DNA of 64,000 bases from Ascidiella aspersa (lineage: Eukaryota), in the NCBI GenBank assembly GCA_963924565.1, contig OZ004615.1, positions 25,978,001-26,042,000 of the forward strand. Direction: 5' to 3'. A program made the translations under genes and the position numbers. This document shows positions 39,301-46,804 of the stretch, one piece after another. Under the pieces are notes generated by a model. It saw only the letters and a list, made by a program, of their open reading frames with translations, was not told the origin of the DNA and ran no database searches. Numbering within the stretch: position 1 is the stretch's first letter; every line of letters begins with the position of its first letter.

Positions 39301-42300
39301 CATTTATAAAGGTAAGTTATTATAACATTGTATTATCCGCCTTTATAATCTGCAACCACATTTTTCCTGATTTTGATGAAAGTCAATTTGTGTAACTACA
39401 AGAGACACTCCCAATACCAATTTATCGACATTTTTATTTTATTTATCAAAAGTTTACCTTGCGACGGGATGGTTTCCATGACTACCGCCAGTTGCGCCAG
39501 GCGTGGCGGTTGCTGTGGGCGACGCTGCTTTGCGCATGCGCTCCATGTGACGTTCCATTGCAAGCTCGGCTCGAGTCGGTTTCTTGCTGCCGCTAGACGG
39601 TGCACGAGAGTCGGATACGTTGGACGAAGCTGAAGTTGGTCGGGAAGAAACTAAGGGGAAATAACTTCGGTTTAAAGTGGTTTAAGTTGATAAGTGAAAA
39701 CATTTAACTTTGATTTAGGTTTGTGTGTGGCTACGAAGTCGGGACTAGAACAGCGGTTCACAAACTTATCTAAAAAATTGCCTGTTGATCCTTTGCAATT
39801 ATTTTGGAATTTCGCGGCTCTATAAAAATTCAAGGGTCAGTTGACATATGTTTCTTGTAGTACACTAGTGCAGTCACGATTCTTTCAATATAACAACTTT
39901 CTAACTAATGCGAACGATTCGCTTATAGCAGGTATAGTTCAGCCTAATAGATGCTTTATGATGCTACAAAAAACATCATAAAACATGGTATATAATCGAA
40001 TAATAAAGCATAACTAAAGACTAATAATCTTTAAAAACTTTAAGACTAATTCTCATTGCGTACCCTCTGAAACTGCTGTACAGACCCCACTTGGTACGCG
40101 GACCCCAGTTTGGGAACCGCTGAACTAAAGAAAGTTACAAAAAGCGCTTGTGAAACTAATCTATAGGGTACAGAATTTCGAAGATAATTACGAACAGCAG
40201 TGGATGAATTCTTTTCTATCCATGTTAAACGTCATAAAAGTCCTACGGGTGGAATTCTATATGCACCCCCTATTTCAGTTGGGTGGAATACAGGATTGTT
40301 GAGTCAGAGTCGGGGCTTGACGGAATGTTTTACTTATAAGGCCGGAACCGGGACCCTAATAAGACTACGTAAGACTTTGTCCGACAGCCCTGTGCAAAAA
40401 TACTAACATCTTACGCCTATAACCCGAATCCTGAATATAACTGTGGTTTTGGCCCTCAAAACAGATTACACAACGATATCGAACTTTTACACATTTTTAT
40501 CAAACATTGAGGAATGAGTTTTTACTCACGTGATCCGACCCCTTTAGCGCTCCCAGCGGTTGAAGAAAGGTCGCTTTCGTCATCTCTGACGTCATTAGGC
40601 TTCGATTTCATCGACCTGAAAAGTTTGGATAAATATATTTTAAATGTTAACAAATAAATAGTAAATGTTGAGTTGGATAAATGAATCAGTTGCAATAGTA
40701 ACTGCAAAAAGTCTTTATGGGTAAAATCTTTGTGATTTGAGAACCAGATTTGTTACATCACAATTCACCTCTCGGAACTTCGTGACGTCAGTTTAGCTCG
40801 ATTGGTGATTGGTTGAATTTTTTTATCTTGGTTCTCATTGGATGAGGTTTTCCTCAAAGATCTTCGAAATCCAGGGTTGGAAGTATCAACTTTGGCCACT
40901 GGAGGAGCCCTGGAATATATTTCGTATTAATAGACAGAGTAAGTTTATTTGTTATTCTTAAATGGTATTGATGAAATGCTTATAAAATAATGCTCTTAAA
41001 ATAGCTTTGCTTCCAAAGGCTATTTTTCAAGGGGCGTCATTTATAGACTTAGTTAGCCATTTATAAAAAACGAAGGTAAGGATTTCTTACTTCCATAAAC
41101 CATAGCCTTGGTGAGGTTCGAACTCACGGCAAATATCATTCAGTCGCTCTTTCATTTGAAAAATGTTGATCTTTGTGTAGTTACCGTTGCCAGAATAACT
41201 ACAGCTTTCTTAAGGAATAACACTTTATTTTATTGTTTTAAGAGCGATTTGTGCCCTCCGAGACATTTTCTCATGCGGTTTTATACCCCTGTCAAAAATA
41301 ATTGCCCACCCAAGAGAATTGTTCATTAGAGAAACTGGATTTAAAAACACGAGTAAACGATTTAAGCACTCAGTTAATATATCTACTAATCCCACCTGCA
41401 AGATTGCCTGTATCTTCCAGCAACGTTGTTATCGCCCTTCCCATCCTTCCTATAAGATCGTTGGAAGGGCGAAGGTTTAGCCGCATCTGTGTTGGAACTT
41501 TCCCGCTGGAATTTGCTCAAGTTCTCGATGAATTTGCGCTTGGCCTTCTCGGCTAGTTCCTCTTTTTTCTCGCTTTTTCGCGTCAAACTTTTCTCATTCT
41601 TTGCAGTTTTGCTTTCAGCTGACGAGCGATCCATATCGACCAAGTTCTCTTTGCCAGTCAAGTTACGAAAGCTGCAAAAAATAACGAGGATGATTAACAT
41701 TTTTTAGTGAAAAAGTTTAACAACATTAGAGTATAATGGCTGGCGGTTGTGGTTAGACGTAATAAGAATGTCAAATCCCATACAGAAGTAACAGCAAAAT
41801 ACTCAAGCAAAGCTAGCAATTTAGGTCAGAAACAATAAACAGATCTTAAAAGATATATTTATATTTCGCCAATCAAGGCATCGTCAGAATATCTTAATTC
41901 GAATGAAGCCATACAGAAGTAGGTAGCATTTTGACCATGTTTTCAACTGATGGTGAAGAATTTCACATCACATCACAAGTTTTCCTGGTGCTAGTTTGGA
42001 GCAAGATACCACGATTTAAGTATTTAAAAAAAGTTCTAAACAACAACTAAAACTTATACCATACTTTAAAACAAACAATAACCTATACTACTTTACCAAC
42101 TGGCCGGCCTGTTACACTCCCTCAATAAAGTATCACAGCTTCACAAGGTTAACAAAATAAAACACTAAAACTGTGCTTGAAAAGCGAAATTCTTCCAGCG
42201 CCTCTCCGCCTAACAAACTAGCTAAATATCACTGCTCTACAATCCACTTCTACTGTAGTTGAACTGAACCTGGCAATGGTTGTAGGTAGGAGTTGATTCC

Positions 42301-44508
42301 CCAGGGACAAAGTGCTTTGGGCGAATGTATTCCCATAAGCGTGGTGTGGAAATGCACAGTTAACCTCACGCATATAACCTTTACTGAAGGGAGACCAAAC
42401 AATGCAGTAGCAAGGAATTTGGTCAATGATGGACCTATATAAAATTTTATTCCAACTTTACAATTGCTCCTTACTAAGCACTTAAATTCACCAAGAGGCC
42501 AAAACCACTGGCTTTAAAGCTTTATATTACACGGCATTAAGATGTCAAATATAGTGAATAGTGGAAACAGAAGTTACCTCTAAAAAATATGCTTCGACTC
42601 TATTCCTTTTCGAGATTGAACCGCTTTATTTCACTGATTTGGTAATCTTTAATCTTTGATGCTCATAGACGACTGAAACAACAGCGACATTAAATGTGCC
42701 GGAAATAAACTGCTAGCTATAACCTTACCAATTGAACGTCGCCCTAAACTTGGCTGTCAAATCATTATTGATATTCGCAACTTTATCCACACATTAGTAT
42801 TGAGCAAGTTTTTATTTCAACTCAAACGGTACAGCATGAAGTTACTGTTATACAAGACATCACATGGAAAGCTTTAGACAATACATAAAACCTACTTTTT
42901 TGCGCCAAATGTGTAGTTTTAATAGGCGAGCAAACCGAATGTTTTTGCAAATTCTTTAGCTTTAGGCTTCAACCAATTGCTCAAACTTTTTCATCGAACA
43001 GCTAGGCTCCAACTAAGTACGAAAGCTTGAATACAAACTGCCAGTTAACTTACAGGCCATGGTACTGAACTCTCAAGACGCTCACCATACAAAAGCTATC
43101 GGATGGTCAATATTAGCTCAAGCAGACGCTAGCAATTAGACTTTACTGATCAACGAGCTATCCAAGTTATACACGACAAATCGTAAACTACATCAAACCT
43201 GTTCCGGATTCAACAGTAACTTTTATAACGTTATGTTACATAAAGTACACGAGGTTTTTTGGCATTTTTGAACGAAAAATCACTAAAAATTAGACACTGC
43301 GATTGTTTTTTTTTAACTGCTTTTAGTTTTATAAATGTCTTGCCAAATCAGCTAAGAATGTAAACTTAAAGCTGACAAAAGATTATTGCAGAGTTCTTTA
43401 ACATTGTCTTTTTAGAAGATGATAAAAAACAAATGCCTAAAAAAATCATTTTACCTTCAGTACAAGTTTTCTAATTAACAGTATGTTTCTTCCACTGATA
43501 AAGTATTGATAAATTTAAAATTAGAACCAAGTTTAACTTGACTTTTCAATATATACCAGGCCACTACATCTATAACTGGCTTATCCCGGGCCTAATTGCC
43601 TTTTAATGCCTATGTGAGGTCTGACATCCATTATAAAGCCTAACCTCATATCGATCCATTATTGAATGTTAGATAAACAATGTTTGTTTGTTGCCAAACA
43701 ACGGTTTGTTTGTTCAATCACAACGTGCAATGTTTACGGAGTAATGAGCGTATTCAAATAAATACAAGCAAGGGTGCATTAAAGTGATGGCAATGGCTTA
43801 ACCGGGGATGAAACGTGCATTACATACAGTTGACGAGCGTAGGCTTTAAGTTACCATAACCCAGTGGTTTTAAACCCGACATCATATAAACCAGGGTTAA
43901 GGTAGAATATTTTTTTACGGAACGCAAGCTTTTTTATGATGACGTCACAAAGTTACGTCATAACGAGACGTCCAAAACGAGTATCTGTCTTTTGTTCAAC
44001 GTGGTGTTTGTAAGTAAAATCTTAGTTTAAATACATTTAACGATATAGCGGGGTGGCTACAACGTAACATTAATATTTTATTGCTTATATCAGGATCTAA
44101 TCTGTTACACTGCCGGTTGTATATTTTATCCATATCGTAAGACCCCCCCGAGACCCCCTCCCCCAAAGTTCATGCAAATTAAGTTTTTAGCAGAAGATTT
44201 TTTGTGTTGTGAAGTTAGATCTTAGGTTTGTTTTGGACTTTTTGGGGGATACTGCATTTTAAAGCTAATGGCTTGAACACCTCTTAAGTTATTTTACAAA
44301 TGACTTATGATTCGCGCACTTTTAAAATGACTTGTTTCAACAATGGTTAACCTTACCTCGCTTTAGGGGCTGTCCCATTCTTGTCTTTGGCCGTCGACCT
44401 TAATGACGACCTCCAGCGGTTGCTTGGTGTTCGCGTGAATTCGGAAACTTTCGGATCCGACTTCGCGCCAGGCTCGGCCGAGTACGTCCTATGAGCGGTA
44501 CGTATCAT
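216..44508 (-). CDS. SVIL: Supervillin-like protein (gelsolin/villin superfamily), 28 coding exons in window, 3' part outside window
   Basis: Hand-spliced exons all have GT-AG boundaries and compatible phases (6120 nt = 2040 codons, no stops). Translation contains motifs I recognise from supervillin: [121 protein letters not shown]. Confidence 0.9.
652..739 (-). CDS. SVIL: Supervillin exon 27
   Basis: tcag|[29 protein letters not shown]|gtaag; phase 2/0. Confidence 0.9.
876..1000 (-). CDS. SVIL: Supervillin exon 26
   Basis: gcag|[41 protein letters not shown]|gtgat; phase 0/2. Confidence 0.9.
1138..1387. mobile_element. hAT-like MITE
   Basis: CAGTG...CACTG termini, GGGTGAA subterminal repeats, flanks ACATAGAC / ACATAGGT (degenerate 8-bp TSD). 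Confidence 0.6.
2170..2320 (-). CDS. SVIL: Supervillin exon 25 (first gelsolin-like repeat)
   Basis: gaag|[50 protein letters not shown]|gtaac; phase 2/0. Confidence 0.93.
2732..2811 (-). CDS. SVIL: Supervillin exon 24
   Basis: acag|[26 protein letters not shown](R)|gtaga; phase 0/2. Confidence 0.9.
3292..3423 (-). CDS. SVIL: Supervillin exon 23
   Basis: tcag|[44 protein letters not shown]|gtaaa; phase 0/0. Confidence 0.9.
3690..3921. repeat. Intronic minisatellite, ~18-20-bp units (ACCTGTCAATCAA core)
   Basis: About 11 degenerate units abutting the exon 22 donor. Confidence 0.9.
3922..4200 (-). CDS. SVIL: Supervillin exon 22
   Basis: acag|[21 protein letters not shown]...[14 protein letters not shown]|gtgag; phase 0/0. 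Confidence 0.9.
4644..4825 (-). CDS. SVIL: Supervillin exon 21
   Basis: ccag|[19 protein letters not shown]...LEPDVIK|gtagg; phase 1/0. Confidence 0.85.
4826..5185. repeat. Intronic minisatellite, ~12-14-bp units (GGGGTAAAAATA)
   Basis: More than 20 degenerate units abutting the exon 21 acceptor. Confidence 0.9.
5309..5471 (-). CDS. SVIL: Supervillin exon 20
   Basis: acag|[54 protein letters not shown]|gtgag; phase 0/1. Confidence 0.88.
5659..5788 (-). CDS. SVIL: Supervillin exon 19
   Basis: ccag|[43 protein letters not shown]|gtcgg; phase 2/0. Confidence 0.87.
6745..7020 (-). CDS. SVIL: Supervillin exon 18 (RSPSP repeats)
   Basis: caag|[10 protein letters not shown]...RSPSP repeats...KSTGSIRD(R)|gtaag; phase 2/2. 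Confidence 0.85.
7469..7635 (-). CDS. SVIL: Supervillin exon 17
   Basis: ccag|[33 protein letters not shown]...VGRL(R)|gtgag; phase 0/2. Confidence 0.85.
8290..8394. repeat. Degenerate 15-bp tandem array (TACGTCGCAC core)
   Basis: About 6-7 units beginning at the exon 16 donor. Confidence 0.6.
8395..8498 (-). CDS. SVIL: Supervillin exon 16
   Basis: ccag|[34 protein letters not shown]|gtatg; phase 1/0; RFQTQPV motif. Confidence 0.88.
8754..8797 (+). ncRNA. Minimal hammerhead ribozyme motif (Penelope-like), antisense in supervillin intron
   Basis: AUAGAAA-CUGACGA-U-GCC-aguguA-GGC-GAAA-UAUA-UA^-UUCCUGU; helix I pairs 6/7. Confidence 0.62.
8964..9106 (-). CDS. SVIL: Supervillin exon 15
   Basis: tcag|SVEEDSKS...[25 protein letters not shown]|gtagg; phase 2/1. 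Confidence 0.87.
12008..12185. mobile_element. Palindromic MITE family A (arm consensus ATAATGGCTGGAGGTTGTAG..AAAGCCCATACAGAAGTAGG..TTTTGAACGTTTCGAATAAATCTTTATTCATTTTCAAC)
   Basis: Forward arm 12008-12075 and reverse arm 12110-12185. Confidence 0.7.
14497..14966. repeat. Tandem duplication, ~240-bp period
   Basis: GCTCAAACCTTAAC, TTTCTAACTG and CTGTTGCTCTATAAAAATTAGAACAAAATTCGCAC each occur twice about 240 bp apart. Confidence 0.8.
16098..16202 (-). mobile_element. MITE family A, single arm
   Basis: Reverse-complement match to the arm consensus. Confidence 0.65.
17089..17324. mobile_element. Third copy of the 57733 MITE family, enclosing a 29-bp AT-rich hairpin
   Basis: GGCGCTGGTC at 17089; TGTGGTAGGATTCTAGATCAGCGCC ending 17324; 17140-17203 is a near-perfect palindrome. 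Confidence 0.55.
17447..17637 (+). mobile_element. MITE family A, two tandem arms
   Basis: Arms at 17447-17530 and 17535-17637. Confidence 0.7.
19815..19957. mobile_element. MITE family A, decayed inverted pair
   Basis: Partial forward arm then reverse arm (CTACTTCTGTATGGGCT). Confidence 0.6.
21528..21631 (-). CDS. SVIL: Supervillin exon 14
   Basis: ccag|[34 protein letters not shown](R)|gtagg; phase 0/2; joins 9106 across a 12.4-kb intron. Confidence 0.87.
22132..22225 (-). CDS. SVIL: Supervillin exon 13
   Basis: atag|[31 protein letters not shown]|gtaaa; phase 2/0. Confidence 0.75.
23408..23769. mobile_element. hAT (Ac-like) non-autonomous element with CCGATA/TATCGG subterminal repeats
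   Basis: TAGGGAAGTCCGA ... CCGAACACCCCTA termini; related fragments near 9270-9330, 9520-9555, 16308-16380, 31495-31905, 59114-59205. Confidence 0.55.
26974..27030 (-). CDS. SVIL: Supervillin exon 12 (57 nt, symmetric)
   Basis: gcag|[18 protein letters not shown](S)|gtaga; phase 2/2. Confidence 0.7.
27959..28881 (-). CDS. SVIL: Supervillin exon 11 (923 nt, S/T/P-rich, internal repeats)
   Basis: ctag|[14 protein letters not shown]...RDVKVTES x4...[15 protein letters not shown](S)|gtaag; open frame includes ORF 27955-28644; phase 0/2. Confidence 0.85.
31495..31905. repeat. Cluster of CCGATAC/GTATCGG repeats (hAT-Ac-like subterminal remnants)
   Basis: Repeated accgatacgata / agtatcgg(a/g)c units. 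Confidence 0.5.
31933..32029 (-). CDS. SVIL: Supervillin exon 10 (acidic)
   Basis: tcag|[32 protein letters not shown]|gtgag; phase 2/0. Confidence 0.8.
32516..33992 (-). CDS. SVIL: Supervillin exon 9 (1477 nt, low-complexity K/S/E-rich)
   Basis: Lies within the 517-aa ORF; acceptor ttctcgtttcag before 33992 and donor gtgag after 32516; phase 1/2 matches both neighbours. Confidence 0.85.
37516..37686 (-). CDS. SVIL: Supervillin exon 8 (symmetric, 30-bp repeats, PPSY)
   Basis: ccag|[56 protein letters not shown]|gtttg; phase 1/1. Confidence 0.75.
38435..38518 (-). CDS. SVIL: Supervillin exon 7 (symmetric)
   Basis: tcag|[27 protein letters not shown]|gtaag; phase 1/1. Confidence 0.72.
38878..38999 (-). 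CDS. SVIL: Supervillin exon 6
   Basis: aaag|[40 protein letters not shown]|gtaaa; phase 2/1; acceptor is weak. Confidence 0.7.
39458..39650 (-). CDS. SVIL: Supervillin exon 5
   Basis: ttag|[44 protein letters not shown]...HPVA(R)|gtaaa; phase 1/2. Confidence 0.8.
39751..40122. mobile_element. hAT (Charlie-like) MITE
   Basis: TIRs CAGCGGTTCACAAACT / AGTTTGGGAACCGCTG (15/16); flanks GACTAGAA / AACTAAAG. Confidence 0.65.
40530..40615 (-). CDS. SVIL: Supervillin exon 4
   Basis: tcag|[28 protein letters not shown]|gtgag; phase 2/1. Confidence 0.8.
40769..40909 (-). CDS. SVIL: Supervillin exon 3
   Basis: ccag|[46 protein letters not shown](R)|gtgaa; phase 2/2. Confidence 0.8.
41040..41150 (-). 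mobile_element. tRNA-derived SINE fragment
   Basis: TGGTGAGGTTCGAACTCACG identical to 56-75, followed by CAGTCGCT as in that copy; left boundary approximate. Confidence 0.55.
41396..41671 (-). CDS. SVIL: Supervillin exon 2
   Basis: gcag|[21 protein letters not shown]...[10 protein letters not shown]...RQSC(R)|gtggg; phase 2/2. Confidence 0.8.
41733..41935 (+). mobile_element. MITE family A arm fragments flanking the 41855 hammerhead motif
   Basis: ATAATGGCTGGCGGTTGTGG...CCCATACAGAAGTA at 41733-41789; GCCATACAGAAGTAGGTAGCATTTTGA near 41907-41935. Confidence 0.6.
41855..41892 (-). ncRNA. Minimal hammerhead ribozyme motif (Penelope-like), sense in supervillin intron 1
   Basis: Minus strand: AUAUU-CUGACGA-U-GCC-uugauu-GGC-GAAA-UA-UA^-AAUAU; same family as 8761 with a different loop II. 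Confidence 0.62.
43936..44034 (+). repeat. Dispersed repeat (GATGACGTCACAAAGTTACGTCATA...TTAGTTTAAATACA)
   Basis: Similar copies at about 63570-63684 and, partially, 59399-59435. Confidence 0.6.
44357..44508 (-). CDS. SVIL: Supervillin first coding exon (ATG at 44508)
   Basis: [50 protein letters not shown](S)|gtaag; in-frame TAA six codons upstream; acceptor tgtttcag before 44541. Confidence 0.72.
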
Positions 44509-45449
44509 GACGTCATGCGATATTTAAATTAGTCGGGGAATCTGAAACACAATAAATGTGACGGTTAGATAAATACACTCTAAAAGGGAAATAAAGCTTA
44601 TGACGACACAATAGTACATGGTGACGAACTAATGAATAAAAATTTGGAAAATATTAACAACAAAACGCGGTTAGACCCTTCTAGTCTTTTTAACAATGCA
44701 CACGCATCTTGGTGTGTTTGTAGAAATTATGCAAATGCGTTACTCTGAAAGTCTATTTTTTAGACTTTGGCAATATAAGATAAGACAATACTATCTGGGA
44801 TTGCATTGCCTATCCCATAGAGGTAAACCGTTTGTTTCTACCATAAAAAAAAAACAGGTGAAAACAAACCAGGAACCGCAGTATTAAACGAATGGACAAT
44901 TGGACATGCGGCAATGGTATAAAGCACATGCATTGCCAAGTGTCTTGTTTTTTTCCAACAAAAATTTAAAATTTACCCAGAGCACCCCCTAAGCACATTT
45001 AAGTGTAATAGCAAGGTTCAACGCTAATAATCATCAAATTACTAACGCGTCACGGTCCGTTAAACATACATAGGATCGAACTGTAGTATCGCAGTGGAAC
45101 AATGAATGACGTTGGCAGGGTTTTGTGGATTCAGGGTTGGGTTTTGGGTAAGGTGGGGTGAGGTTATGCGGTTAGCGCTAGGGTTAAAATGGGGTTCAAC
45201 ATGACAAAGAGGCACTCCAATCATCTCATTAAACAAACTTTAGCAAATAGTCGATAATTCGAACTACAATATATTTAAAGATCGCTGTTATGGCCTAATT
45301 TTAATTCTACTCTCATTCCGGTTTTACAAAATGCAGTAACTTTGTTCTACCGTGTTTTTTATTGTCAACAAGTTTTCATTAATGCGACGAAATGCGCATA
45401 ACACACATCTCTTGCACCGATCTGCCAAAATGCTTAGTATCTCGAAAAC

Positions 45450-45568
45450 AAAAGCCCATACAGAAGTAGGTAACATTTTTAACGTTCCGAATAAATCTTT
45501 ATTCCTTTCCAACATTTATATTTGCGTTGATATTGTTACTACGACTAACTCAAACCTCCAAATATTAT
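45450..45568. mobile_element. MITE family A, inverted pair
   Basis: AAAGCCCATACAGAAGTAGG forward; reverse arm ends ...AACCTCCAAATATTAT. Confidence 0.65.
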
Positions 45569-46535
45569 GCTCCAAAGTTAACCAAGTTTAGTGACAGCAT
45601 ACAATAAACTTGCCATGTCAACAAACTTAAAACTATTCCATGGTTAGCATCTCAAGATATGCTGTTCGTACTGTAGCCACTACAGTTGTTTTAGACTGGA
45701 AAAACGATTTTTGTCTAAAATATGTATCTATTTACCGAGTGTTGGAGGGGCTTAAACAGAACTGTGCAAGGGCTTACTAGAACTGTGCATAAGTTATGGC
45801 AACTGTAAGCTATGTGCGCACGAGTTTACCAATTTTTGATTTTTTAATGCACTGTTAAGCCTTAAAGTTCAAAGCTACAATAGCTTCATTTTACAGTTTT
45901 TATCCAAGCAGATCACAAAAACAGCCAAAGATTTTTCAGGCAGAGATCTTATATCCTCCCCTGCCTAAACCCACAGCTTTGAGGTTCAGTTCAATAGCGA
46001 CATGAGAGTTGAAAAGGCGCTAGTGTTACCACAGTCAGATTGAACCAAGCATGTCCACATTAAAGGCAGTGCCAACGTATTGTCCGCATTATCAACATAA
46101 CGCTCGATTCTTTTGTGGCGCGCTTAAGTCAACAGCGGAACTGTATCGCACCTTATCTACATTTTGTATCCACCGATATAATACCGCAATAATACAAGCG
46201 GTTGTCTTTATTTTTGCGGTTAGAAATTAACGCACGTATAGGCTCGTTTTGCTGTTTAAATTGCTGCTTTTTCACCATTAATTTTAACAAAGGCAGGTAA
46301 TGAGCTTATCCCTAATTCGTGTTTCGAAATTGAAGCATATGTTTCGCGCGTGGATAAAGCACTATGCTTTTTCCGAGGAATTTTCGACTCGTGTTTTATT
46401 TAATCTAACTAACTAAACGCGGCTGCGTATGATCGGTTCGTTTTGCTTATCACAAATATATTGAGGGATCTCAACTATTTCCTTTAAGTACTACTAACTG
46501 CAAATTCTCTGCACCTAAATAAACACCGCATCAAT

Positions 46536-46804
46536 CGTAGTAAGACATCAAAGCCCATACAGAAGTAGGTAACATTTTGAACGTTTCGAATAAATCTTAA
46601 GATAATGGCTGGAGGTTGTAGTTAGAAGTAAAATTAATATCAAAGCCATAATTTTCATCTAGAGTGCTTCTTGTCTTTTCTCCAAAGTGGCAACTGACAA
46701 TAAACCTTGAGCATAATATAATTCAAATCGTTCACAAAATACCATCTACTTCAGTATGGGCTTTGATATTCTTACTACGTCTAACTACAACCTCAAACCA
46801 TTAT
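46536..46804. mobile_element. MITE family A, two forward arms plus one reverse arm
   Basis: Terminus ATAATGGCTGGAGG at 46602; reverse terminus ...CCTCAAACCATTAT ending 46804. Confidence 0.72.

Noticed and set aside
42578-42672. AG/GT-bounded 95-nt segment in intron 1
   Set aside because: Stop codons in all three frames; at most a poison exon, and unsupported.
45120-45195. Interstitial telomeric array
   Set aside because: Degenerate GGGTT(A) units like those inside the 57733 MITE family, not perfect TTAGGG tandems.
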